Shown: positions 37,601 to 46,001 of the stretch, one piece after another
Layout: every line of letters starts with the position of its first letter
Numbering within the stretch: position 1 is the stretch's first letter
Assembly: GCA_017508405.1 (NCBI GenBank)
Contig: JAFVYY010000020.1
Location: 529-64,528, forward strand
Source: Clostridia bacterium
GTDB lineage: Bacteria; Bacillota; Clostridia; Oscillospirales; CAG-272
Direction: 5' to 3'
Length of the DNA stretch: 64,000 nt
Notes under the pieces: generated by a model
Told to the model about the DNA's origin: nothing
Databases searched by the model: none
Seen by the model: only the letters and a program-made list of their open reading frames with translations
Program-made: the position numbers and the translations under genes

Positions 37601-37754
37601 TACAATTAACAAGGAGCTTACAAGAAAGCGTAATGAGTTCAACTACGTTACAATGGACTACATCGAAGAGTTGGGTTATGACACCTTAGAGCAATTCGAG
37701 TGGGCTAACTCAAAGAAGATAACCGTAAAATCCTACAGAGATTATTTGAAATAA
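34668..37754 (+). CDS. Giant extracellular solute-binding protein: signal peptide, two tandem CBM-like beta-sandwich repeats, a helical linker and an SBP family-1-like domain
   Basis: ATG at 34668 with GGAGGA 6 nt upstream; the track start at 34647 is a TTG. The signal peptide is MKAKARKALALFLCIVMLVGTMITAVSA. Internal repeats are visible (FYLNGEVPF vs VYIDGSVPF; FQFYFKAGKNTITLEG vs YQFYLSEGKHVIRLEV). The C-terminal approx. 450 aa (EPVEVWITTVANTTGRD...) resemble CUT1 sugar-binding proteins. Confidence 0.8.
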   Translation: MKAKARKALALFLCIVMLVGTMITAVSAASAGTSGNKGGTTSIDDVTDILNAISYSKYYAKYANVKKGEGTIVIPALNYDKDNTTAAVTEKDGHYGVDDALLIPEVGKVSWTFDVPSNALYTIEIEYCQNDGGKKTSIERAFYLNGEVPFSGARSVILTKTWKYDYVIENGKESFKHDGKEDSDERGNDIRPGMSADPKWTTYAISDANGYYNDPFQFYFKAGKNTITLEGSRESVVIKSIKLVPAEDNISYEEYRKLYTDNANGVIGKVEAENPVNVSHVTVYPVYDRTSCITSGLTGEQSAKVTKYNTIGGTQWQNVGEWVEYVVEVPKGAAGYYNIPVRYKQNLLSGMFVSRRVYIDGSVPFEEANYCNFNFSEDWEVRNLGNGDTDYQFYLSEGKHVIRLEVVLGDMGQQIEQVSESLTVINNCYLEILKLTGSTPDEDRTYGFSRVMPDVITSLLEESIRLKGVYNYLTEKTGLKGQQTATLEQIFNLLHKMASDETEIAKNLETLKSQIGNLGTWVNTAKTQPLQVDYIQVQSPSEEAPKSEGNFFQSLWYEIKLFFYSFIVDYNALGDSDKVGGEPVEVWITTVANTTGRDQAQIVRTLIENEFTPKTGINANIKLVASGTLLPSVLAGVGPDVSLYEGSTSIIDYAIRGAAMPLNEFVKQDPDVLSRFPAAAVEPLTLYSYTHDEDTDTYLKEEILYGLPDKMDFSMMFYRKDILSDLGLEIPKTWDDLLAMIPVLQYNNMEIGIQKDIYTFIHQSNNVVYDNGGMEINFDNTGVLKAFTKLCNMFTQYSLPYQYDFANRFRTGEMPIGIASYGMCNQLEVFATEISGLWGFVPLPGYAYTDDNGNIVEINNTSNAGVSGCLMLRGCDNPSNAWEFMKWYTDKDYQAEYSNEIVALMGISARPLIANIEAIYELPWTNEEAANISAQMQNLKGVPSHPGSYYLQRYIDFAFLAAYNNGVDPADAMLSYVNTINKELTRKRNEFNYVTMDYIEELGYDTLEQFEWANSKKITVKSYRDYLK

Positions 37755-37815
37755 TCGCTAATAGTCATATGACAGATCACACAAGTCGGAAATACTGTTT
37801 AAGGAGATAATTTAG

Positions 37816-38940
37816 ATGGCAAATCAAGATAATAATAAAAAAGCTGTCAACGTACGCAAAATCTCCAAGGATGAATTCAAAAAGGTCTATTTTGAAACGT
37901 CTCTGGAGCCTGTAGCGTTGGCATCAGATCTAAATGTGAATAGTACCGACGCCGCAGTTGTAGCTGACGAGCCCGATACAGCCTCCTCTGCCAATGCAAA
38001 GGCAAAGAAGGTTGTAACAGCTCGTAAGGATATGACTATGGCTCAGTGGACAATTAAGGAAATGAAGAGAAATAAAGTAGGCTATTTTATGGTAGCGCCC
38101 TTTATGCTCGTATTTACTTTGTTTACATTGTTCCCCGTACTACTTTCATTTGCGCTCAGCTTTACATCATTTAATATGCTTGAATTCAAGGCCGATATGT
38201 TCGTTGGTATAAGCAACTATACAAGATTGTTCTTCGACGATGACATATTCCTTCAGGCATGTAAAAACACTCTCGTATTCGCAATGGTTACAGGTCCTGT
38301 TTCTTACATACTCTCATTCCTTGTAGCATGGTTCATTAACGAGCTTGCTCCTAAGATCAGAGCTCTTGTAACTCTTGTATTCTACGCTCCGTCCTTTGGT
38401 GGTAACGCTTACCTCGTATGGCAGACTCTTTTCCATGATGACGCTAACGGTTGGGTAAACGGTACACTCTTGGATCTCGGACTTATCAACGAACCTATAC
38501 TTTGGTTCCATGATGAAAATTATGCTATGACTCTCTGTATCGTAGTTGCTCTGTGGATGTCACTCGGTACATCGTTCCTTTCATTTATCGCAGGTCTTCA
38601 GACCATGGATAAGAGCTTGTTTGAGGCCGCTTCGGTTGACGGTATCAAGAACAGATGGCAGGAGCTTTGGTACATTACGCTTCCTCAGATGAAGCCGCAG
38701 TTGCTCTTCGGTGCGGTTATGGCTATCACAGGCTCATTCGGTTTCGGCGCAGTAGTTACCGCTCTTTGCGGATTCCCGTCAGTTAACTACTCTTGTCACA
38801 CCATTATGCACTGTCTTGACGACTATGGTGGAACAAGATGGGAGGTTGGTTATGCATCTGCTATTGCAACTATCCTCTTCTTTATCATGATTGGCGCAAA
38901 TATGCTGGTACAGAAATTAATTTCGAAGGTAGGACAATAA
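37816..38940 (+). CDS. CUT1 sugar ABC transporter permease (MalF-like), pair 1, with a hydrophilic N-terminal extension of about 75 aa
   Basis: EAA loop EAASVDGIKNRWQELWYITLPQMKP and multiple TM segments. AAGGAG lies 8 nt upstream of 37816. An alternative internal start lies at 38038. Confidence 0.85.
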   Translation: MANQDNNKKAVNVRKISKDEFKKVYFETSLEPVALASDLNVNSTDAAVVADEPDTASSANAKAKKVVTARKDMTMAQWTIKEMKRNKVGYFMVAPFMLVFTLFTLFPVLLSFALSFTSFNMLEFKADMFVGISNYTRLFFDDDIFLQACKNTLVFAMVTGPVSYILSFLVAWFINELAPKIRALVTLVFYAPSFGGNAYLVWQTLFHDDANGWVNGTLLDLGLINEPILWFHDENYAMTLCIVVALWMSLGTSFLSFIAGLQTMDKSLFEAASVDGIKNRWQELWYITLPQMKPQLLFGAVMAITGSFGFGAVVTALCGFPSVNYSCHTIMHCLDDYGGTRWEVGYASAIATILFFIMIGANMLVQKLISKVGQ

Positions 38941-38941
38941 T

Positions 38942-39823
38942 ATGCAAAAAGTGCAAAAAATGAGAATTAGAAATCATCAAGTTGTCCTTAACCGTTCGGT
39001 TGGTGGCGACGCGGGAATCTTTACGTTCCTCGCTATCATGGGCTTCTTTATGTTCCTGCCTATGGTATATGTCATCATGCAGTCACTTAAGCCACTTGAT
39101 GAGTTATTCATCTTCCCCCCAAGATTCTGGGTACAGAAGCCCACATTCGGCAACTTCGGAAGCTTGTTTAAGCTCCTTGGTGAATCCTGGGTACCTTTCT
39201 CCAGATATATTTTCAACACAGTGTTCATTACGGCAGCGGGTGTATTCGGAAACCTTTTCTTCTCCTCACTTGCAGCGTATGCACTTTCTAAGATTCCTTT
39301 CCCCGGAAGAAACGGAATCTTTAAGACCATAAGATCATCCCTTATGTTTACTTCAACAGTTACAGCTATCGCGAACTTCCTTACACTTTCTACATTAGGT
39401 TTGCTTGACAACCACCTTGCAATCATCATTCCTGCATGGGGTTCAACACTTGGTCTCTACCTTATGAAGCAGTTTATGGATTCATCTATTACCGATACAG
39501 TTCTTGAGAGCGCACGTCTTGACGGATGTAGCGAGCTTAAGACATTCTGGGTAATCGCGATGCCTATGGTTAAGCCCGCTTGGCTTACACTTATCATTTA
39601 TTCATTCCAGGGACTTTGGAATGCAGGCGCTTCCGTATACATTTACAGTGAAGAGCTTAAAACACTTAACTACGCAATTGGTCAGATCACATCAGGTGGT
39701 ATTGCTCGTGCAGGCGCATCTGCGGCAGGTACAGTTATTATGATGATTGTTCCTATTCTCGTATTTGTAATTTCACAGAGTAATATCATTGAAACAATGG
39801 GATCCAGTGGTATGAAGGATTAA
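38942..39823 (+). CDS. CUT1 carbohydrate ABC transporter permease (MalG-like), pair 1
   Basis: ESARLDGCSELKTFWVIAMPMVKP. 293 aa. Starts 1 nt after the previous stop. Confidence 0.88.
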   Translation: MQKVQKMRIRNHQVVLNRSVGGDAGIFTFLAIMGFFMFLPMVYVIMQSLKPLDELFIFPPRFWVQKPTFGNFGSLFKLLGESWVPFSRYIFNTVFITAAGVFGNLFFSSLAAYALSKIPFPGRNGIFKTIRSSLMFTSTVTAIANFLTLSTLGLLDNHLAIIIPAWGSTLGLYLMKQFMDSSITDTVLESARLDGCSELKTFWVIAMPMVKPAWLTLIIYSFQGLWNAGASVYIYSEELKTLNYAIGQITSGGIARAGASAAGTVIMMIVPILVFVISQSNIIETMGSSGMKD

Positions 39824-39832
39824 GGAGGATTT

Positions 39833-42004
39833 ATGAAGAAAATAACAAAAATATTAGTATTCGTAATGATGCTCCTCATGGTATTCCCTATGGTAATATC
39901 AGCTATCGTGCCTTACGAATCCTACACATATGATATTGACGGATTTTCAGTACCGTCACCTCACGCATACGTTCCGGACATTCTTGTAGACTCTGCATAT
40001 ATCGGCGAGCTTGCAGGCGGACTTGATGTTCCCCTTGTAAGCCCCACAGACGTTGAGGCAGATGCTGATGGCAACGTATATATTACTGATAACGGCAATA
40101 ACAGAATCGTGGTGCTTAACGATGAATACAGACTTAAGTACATAATCAAGGATTTTGTTAATGCAAGTGGAGTAGATGATACATTTAATAAGCCCTCAAG
40201 CACATTTGTAGTTGATTCAGGTGCTTACAGAGGACTTTACGTATGTGATACAGCTAACTCAAGAATCTTGGTTTTCAATCAGGATAATGGTGAGCTTATT
40301 CGCGAAATCAACAAACCCAAGTCAACACTTCTCGTAGATACAAACTATTCTCCTGTAAGCTGCGTAGTTGATAAATACGGTCGACTCTACGTTGCTGCTA
40401 ACGACAGAACAGAAGGTATCATGGTTATGACCATTGATGGTAAGCTTATTAACTTTATAGGCGCACCTAAGGTAACAGTAACCGCAGCAGAGGCACTTCT
40501 TGCTCTCTTGAGCCCTAAGGCTAAAGAGCTTCAGTCAAATATTGCTACAACATTCGTAAACCTTGATATCGACCAGACATCAAATGAGTTCGTTTACGGT
40601 ACATGTATCTTTAACAAGGAAGAAGAGCAGAATCAGATTGCTGCCATTACATCCAAGGATGGTACATATTCACCTACAAGACTTCTTAACGCTAAGGGTA
40701 AGGATATTATGAAGCGTAACGGCTTCTTCCTTCCTGCCGGTGAGGTTGATATAATTACAAAGGAGCTTCAGTCCTCTACAAGCATTCCCGCAGGACCCTC
40801 ACAGATAAGAGATATTTCAAGCGGTCCTAACGGAACATGGTCAATCATTGATATCAACAGATGTAAGGTATATACATACGATAACGACGGTAACCTTCTT
40901 CACATTTTCGGTGACGTTGGTGACCAGCTCGGTAACCTTACGTTCAAGTTTGCTCAGTCCTTGACATATCAGGGCACAAAGATCTTGGTTCTTGATATTA
41001 ACAAGAATGCGTTTACAGTATACCGCAGAACAGAATACGGTGACCTTCTTGATGAGGCTATAAGCCTTCAGAACTCCAGTGAGTATGATCTTGCTATTGA
41101 AAAGTGGGAAGAGGTACTTGCAAGAAACAACAACTTTGATACAGCGTATGTAGCTATCGGTAAGGCTCTTCACAGAAACGGTAAATATTCAGAGGCTATC
41201 GAATATTTTGAAACAGCATTCGATACAGAAAACTATGCTACCACCTTTAAAGAGGTTCGTAAGACCGTTATGGAGGTATGGTTCGTACCTGTAATCTTCC
41301 TTATCGTAGTATTGTTTATTATCCTCGGCAAGATTTTTGGCTGGGTAGGAAAGGTAAACAAAAATGCAACGTTTAAATCCGGCAGAAGAACTCTTAAGGA
41401 GGAGCTCTGTTACGGTATGCACATTATTTTCCATCCCTTTGACGGTTACTGGGATTTGAAGCATGAGCAGAGAGGTTCAGTAAGAGCGTCACTTATTTAC
41501 GTTGTACTTACTGTGCTTGCATTCTATTACCAGTCTATTGGTACAGGCTTCTACAAGAATCCTCAGGGTGGTTCAAACTCAATCTTTATGACAGCAACAT
41601 CTATTATCGTTCCGCTTCTTCTTTGGGTGATCGGTAACTGGTGCTTCACTACATTGTTCGACGGCGAAGGCAATATGAAGCATATTTTCATGGCGTCTTC
41701 ATACGCATTGTTCCCCGTACCTCTCTTTGTAATTGTTTCTACAATTCTTACAAACTTCTTGGTAGGTGACGAAGCGCAGATCGCTACAATGCTTATAACA
41801 CTCGCATATGTATGGATGGCATTCCTTCTTGTCTTTGGTATGCAGACCATTCATAACTTCTCAACAGGTAAAAACATTGTAATGATACTTTGTACACTTG
41901 TTGGTATGATATTTATTGTATTCATTGCATTGCTGTTTACAACTCTTGCATCTAAGATGATAGGATTTGTTGAAACCATTGTAGATGAAATTTCATTCAG
42001 GTAA
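39833..42004 (+). CDS. Signal peptide + NHL-repeat beta-propeller + TPR-like segment + C-terminal Yip1-like polytopic membrane domain
   Basis: 723 aa. NHL-like repeats are DADGNVYITDNGNNRIVVLN, GLYVCDTANSRILVFN and GRLYVAAND. The TPR-like stretch is EYDLAIEKWEEVLARNNNFDTAYVAIGKALHRNGKYSEAIEYFETAF. Then come a TM segment (VWFVPVIFLIVVLFIILG) and IFHPFDGYWDLKHEQRGS plus about 5 TM segments, which recall bacterial Yip1-family proteins (from memory). Confidence 0.7.
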   Translation: MKKITKILVFVMMLLMVFPMVISAIVPYESYTYDIDGFSVPSPHAYVPDILVDSAYIGELAGGLDVPLVSPTDVEADADGNVYITDNGNNRIVVLNDEYRLKYIIKDFVNASGVDDTFNKPSSTFVVDSGAYRGLYVCDTANSRILVFNQDNGELIREINKPKSTLLVDTNYSPVSCVVDKYGRLYVAANDRTEGIMVMTIDGKLINFIGAPKVTVTAAEALLALLSPKAKELQSNIATTFVNLDIDQTSNEFVYGTCIFNKEEEQNQIAAITSKDGTYSPTRLLNAKGKDIMKRNGFFLPAGEVDIITKELQSSTSIPAGPSQIRDISSGPNGTWSIIDINRCKVYTYDNDGNLLHIFGDVGDQLGNLTFKFAQSLTYQGTKILVLDINKNAFTVYRRTEYGDLLDEAISLQNSSEYDLAIEKWEEVLARNNNFDTAYVAIGKALHRNGKYSEAIEYFETAFDTENYATTFKEVRKTVMEVWFVPVIFLIVVLFIILGKIFGWVGKVNKNATFKSGRRTLKEELCYGMHIIFHPFDGYWDLKHEQRGSVRASLIYVVLTVLAFYYQSIGTGFYKNPQGGSNSIFMTATSIIVPLLLWVIGNWCFTTLFDGEGNMKHIFMASSYALFPVPLFVIVSTILTNFLVGDEAQIATMLITLAYVWMAFLLVFGMQTIHNFSTGKNIVMILCTLVGMIFIVFIALLFTTLASKMIGFVETIVDEISFR

Positions 42005-42018
42005 AGGAGGAAAAGCTA

Positions 42019-44907
42019 ATGAAAAAGAGAATAACAGCAATAATCCTTGCCGTGATTATGATTTTATCCACTCTTGGAACTTTGGTAATATCTGCCGCTG
42101 ATGAAAGCAGTACTACTACAAAAACACTTGCGGTAATTAAAGAAGCTGATGACGCAAGACACAAGAGTGAGCTTGCGAAAATTAAAAAGATGACCGCAAT
42201 CAAAACCTCTTCTACATCTAAGTATCAGTTTTTCTTTGATGAAAAGACCCTCACTGTTGCTATCCAAAATAAGGCAACCGGTGAGATTATGATGACAGAC
42301 AGAGGAACAAAGGACGAATACGGCTCACAGCTCAGAATTGACTACAGACAGTTAGGTGCTACAAATATTTCTACTTATTTTTCATATAACAACTGCGTTA
42401 AGTATGAAAACATTCAGTACGAATATGATATAAGTGGCACAGATACAATTAAGGTAATCTATACCTTGGGTGAGCTTAACCCCGTACCCTGTCTCCCTGA
42501 TACTATCGGTTATAACGAAATGCAGGCTATTCTTAAGGAATTAAGAGAATCAGGATTGTTTACAGACTCGGAAATCAACACATTCTATAAATCCTACAGA
42601 TATGCTTCAGTTACTCTTAAAGAGCCTGATGAAAACGGTGAAAGAAAGCCGGTTTCCGATTCTGTCAACAAAGATGACTTGATTGAAAAATACGGTGACT
42701 ACGGAATCGAAACAGAGGCTATTTACTATAACGTAGTAGGTCAGATTACTAGAAAGAAGACAAATGAAGCAATGCTTAAGGCCATCGGTTATACCGAAGA
42801 GCGTAAGCTTCAGGATTATGCAGTAATCAATTTCGAAGAGGCTACAGCTAACGTAGCGAGAATGACAATTCCCCTTGTTTATAAGATTACCGATACAGGC
42901 TTTACCGCAGAGGTAGATGCCGGAGAAATGAAATATCCCGATGTTGAAACATTTGCTATTGAAAGCCTTTGCATTTTGCCCTACCTTAATGCAGCAGAGG
43001 TTACAATAGACAACTCTGTTCCCAATGTTGAAAAAAAGATTACAGATTCAGGTTATATATTCATTCCTGACGGAAGCGGCGCGCTTGTAAGATTTGAAGA
43101 CGTTGCAAGACAGAGCTCTACAAACGATATTACGTTCAGCCTTTATGGAACTGATAACGCTTTCTATAAGCTTACTCCTAAGAATGAAGAGCAGATGACA
43201 ATGCCTGTATTTGGTATGGTGCTTAACGAGCTTCCTTATAAATCAGGATTCTTTGCAATTATTGAAAGCGGAGATGCGGTTGCATCTATAACATCATCTC
43301 ACAGACGTTTGTCTCACTCCGTATACGCTTCATTCAAGCTTTCTACACAGGACTCCCGTACTATCCCCGGAACATCAACTCGTGCAGAAGGTAAGCTTAA
43401 TATGAAGACAGATGCAATTTTCACCGAAAAGTGTACTGTTAGATATATTATGCTTAGCGATAAAGAGGCTATGAACGTAACCTCAAATGACGTATTTGAT
43501 ACATCTTATATCGGAATGGCAGAGTGCTACAGAGATTATCTTATGGATAATGGCGCTCTTGAAAAAATAACCTCCGTTGATGAAAAGACAAAGCTCTTTG
43601 TTGAAGTTCTCGGATCAATGAAGGTTGAAGAAAAAATTGCTACATTCCCCGTAACAGTTAATAAGCCTCTTACAACCTTTGAGCAGGTTATGATTATGCA
43701 GCAGGAGCTTACAAGCGGTACAGCTGTTATTAACGGCGAAACCGTTAAAGCAGCTAAAGACGGCGTAGGTCCTATTAACTTTATCCTTACCGGCTTTGCA
43801 AACGAGGGACTTTCCTCTAAATATCCCACAAAGATCAAGTGGATCCGTTCCGTAGGAGGAAAGGATGGCTTTAATGAGCTTCTTGCAGATGCTGAGGCAA
43901 AGGGATATGAGGTTTCACCTAACTTTGATTTTGTTTACTCCACATATATTTTTGGATCAGATAATATCAAATACAGAAAATATGGTTCAAAATCCCTTGA
44001 TAACAGATTCTCAATGAAGCTTACATATGACCCCGCTTTACAGATGCTTTCATATATTGGCGGTATTGTAATTTCCGCGGGAGCATATGATTACGCTTAC
44101 GAAAAATTTGCAGATCAGGCAATTAAGTACGATATGAAGAATATCGCAGTACCTACTCTTGGCTCCGATCTTAACTCCAACTTTGATCCTACTGAGGATA
44201 AAGACGGTAATTTGAAGAACTTCCTTTTCAGAACCGACTCATTAAGACTTACACAGCAGCTTCTCGGTAAGCTTTCCGGTAAGGAAGAAAGCAGCACAGA
44301 TTATAAGCTTCTTACAAAGAAGGGTAACGCATTTTCTTATAAGTATGTAGACTACATTCTTGACATTTCACTTGATAGTAGCCGTCGTACTAACGAATCA
44401 GAGGCTGTTCCTTTCTTGGGAATCGTTCTTCACGGCAGCAAGACATTTGCAGGTGAAGCTCTCAATATGGACGGTGATGCTGATTACAGCTTCCTTAAGA
44501 CGCTTGAAAGCGGTGCAAACCTTTACTTCACTTTGGCTTACGATAACGTTGAAAATCTTAAGCTCAATTGGAAATTTGCAAATTACTATTCAGTAGACTA
44601 TGCTCTTTGGTTTGAATATGTTGTAACTAAGTACAACGAGTACAATGCGCTTATGGCATCAAAGCAGACCAGCTACATTACAGAGCATGAATTCATTAAC
44701 ACATCCGAAGGCGGAAGCAGATACAATGTTTACCGTAACGATGAAACTAAGGGCGCTCTTGAAAACTCACGTGTTGTAAGAGTTGAGTACAGTAACGGTG
44801 AAGGCTTCTTCCTTAACTATAACGCAGACTTTGGCGTTAAGGTTGAATATCAGGGCAAAACATATAGCATACCCGCTCTTGGATATGTTACATACACAAG
44901 TAAATAA
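42019..44907 (+). CDS. Large secreted or anchored protein of unknown function (possibly DUF5696-like)
   Basis: 962 aa. N-terminal signal/anchor MKKRITAIILAVIMILSTLGTLVISA. AAAGGAGG RBS. I recognise no catalytic motif. The DUF5696 suggestion rests only on my memory of gene neighbourhoods (large unknown protein + Yip1 + CUT1 permeases). Confidence 0.55.
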   Translation: MKKRITAIILAVIMILSTLGTLVISAADESSTTTKTLAVIKEADDARHKSELAKIKKMTAIKTSSTSKYQFFFDEKTLTVAIQNKATGEIMMTDRGTKDEYGSQLRIDYRQLGATNISTYFSYNNCVKYENIQYEYDISGTDTIKVIYTLGELNPVPCLPDTIGYNEMQAILKELRESGLFTDSEINTFYKSYRYASVTLKEPDENGERKPVSDSVNKDDLIEKYGDYGIETEAIYYNVVGQITRKKTNEAMLKAIGYTEERKLQDYAVINFEEATANVARMTIPLVYKITDTGFTAEVDAGEMKYPDVETFAIESLCILPYLNAAEVTIDNSVPNVEKKITDSGYIFIPDGSGALVRFEDVARQSSTNDITFSLYGTDNAFYKLTPKNEEQMTMPVFGMVLNELPYKSGFFAIIESGDAVASITSSHRRLSHSVYASFKLSTQDSRTIPGTSTRAEGKLNMKTDAIFTEKCTVRYIMLSDKEAMNVTSNDVFDTSYIGMAECYRDYLMDNGALEKITSVDEKTKLFVEVLGSMKVEEKIATFPVTVNKPLTTFEQVMIMQQELTSGTAVINGETVKAAKDGVGPINFILTGFANEGLSSKYPTKIKWIRSVGGKDGFNELLADAEAKGYEVSPNFDFVYSTYIFGSDNIKYRKYGSKSLDNRFSMKLTYDPALQMLSYIGGIVISAGAYDYAYEKFADQAIKYDMKNIAVPTLGSDLNSNFDPTEDKDGNLKNFLFRTDSLRLTQQLLGKLSGKEESSTDYKLLTKKGNAFSYKYVDYILDISLDSSRRTNESEAVPFLGIVLHGSKTFAGEALNMDGDADYSFLKTLESGANLYFTLAYDNVENLKLNWKFANYYSVDYALWFEYVVTKYNEYNALMASKQTSYITEHEFINTSEGGSRYNVYRNDETKGALENSRVVRVEYSNGEGFFLNYNADFGVKVEYQGKTYSIPALGYVTYTSK

Positions 44908-44924
44908 GAAAGGAGGACAAATAT

Positions 44925-45989
44925 ATGGCTAAAAATAAAGATTTTACAACCACAAGTGCTGACGGTACAGTCTTGTATCATATGGCCCCGAAAAAGAAAA
45001 TGAGACTTACTCTTTCAAAGAGAAAGGCTCTTTCCGGATGGCTTCTTGTCCTTCCCTTCGTTATTGGATTGATTTTTGTATATGGTCCCATTCTTTTCTC
45101 CTCGTTACGTGCAGTATTTTATTCCGTAGAGGTTAAGCTTACAGGTATCGAATACTATTTTGTAGGCATTGGAAACATTAAATGGGCGTTTCAGGACGAC
45201 TTGTATTTTGTTGACTCACTTGTAAATGGTTTTAAGAGTCTTCTTATTCAGGTTCCTGCAATCATTATCTTCTCACTCTTTATGGCTATTATACTTAACC
45301 AGAAGATGAGAGGACGTGCAGCTTTCCGTGCAATATTCTTCCTTCCTGTAATTCTTTCAATAGGTATTATTGATACTATTGATACGAATGCTCAGCTTAC
45401 AATGGCTGCTATTACAGGCGGTATTGATGACGGTACAGGTGCACTTACAGAGGGTGCTAACTCCTTCGTTTCAATGATGGACCTTAATAATTTGTTTGCA
45501 AATGTACAGATTGGCGGCGGATTCATGGAAATCGCTATGGGACTTGTTAACGACATATTCAATGTTGTTAGCCGTTCCGGCGTACAGATGCTTATCTTCC
45601 TTTCCGGTCTTCAGTCAATTTCCCCTGCAATTTATGAATCTTGTCAGATAGACGGTGCAAGCGCATGGGAAACATTCTGGAAGGTAACGCTTCCTATGAT
45701 AAGCCCTATGATTCTTGTAAACTCTATTTACACTCTTATTGATGCATTTACCGCATCAAGCAATAAGGTTATTAATCATATCTTCATTAATATTGGAGGT
45801 AACAGTAACCCAATTAACTCAATGTACGAATACGTAGACCCTGCAACCGGTGAAACAATTCACAAGCTCTTCTCAGATAACTCTCTCCGAACAACGGAGA
45901 TGTGGATATACGTTGTATTTATCTCATTGCTTGTAGTTGTTGTGGCATTGCTTATGAAAGCATTCGTATTCTATCAGAAGAGAGATTAA
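44925..45989 (+). CDS. CUT1 sugar ABC transporter permease (MalF-like), pair 2
   Basis: ESCQIDGASAWETFWKVTLPMISP. 354 aa. AAAGGAGG RBS. Confidence 0.85.
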   Translation: MAKNKDFTTTSADGTVLYHMAPKKKMRLTLSKRKALSGWLLVLPFVIGLIFVYGPILFSSLRAVFYSVEVKLTGIEYYFVGIGNIKWAFQDDLYFVDSLVNGFKSLLIQVPAIIIFSLFMAIILNQKMRGRAAFRAIFFLPVILSIGIIDTIDTNAQLTMAAITGGIDDGTGALTEGANSFVSMMDLNNLFANVQIGGGFMEIAMGLVNDIFNVVSRSGVQMLIFLSGLQSISPAIYESCQIDGASAWETFWKVTLPMISPMILVNSIYTLIDAFTASSNKVINHIFINIGGNSNPINSMYEYVDPATGETIHKLFSDNSLRTTEMWIYVVFISLLVVVVALLMKAFVFYQKRD

Positions 45990-46001
45990 GGAGGGGAGAA
46001 A

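Noticed and set aside
37816-38037. Treating the first 74 codons of the pair-1 MalF-like permease as non-coding (start at 38038)
   Set aside because: The ATG at 37816 has the stronger RBS (AAGGAG, 8-nt spacing), and the frame stays open. A 283-nt untranslated gap would be out of character for this tightly packed operon. The alternative is kept as a caveat.
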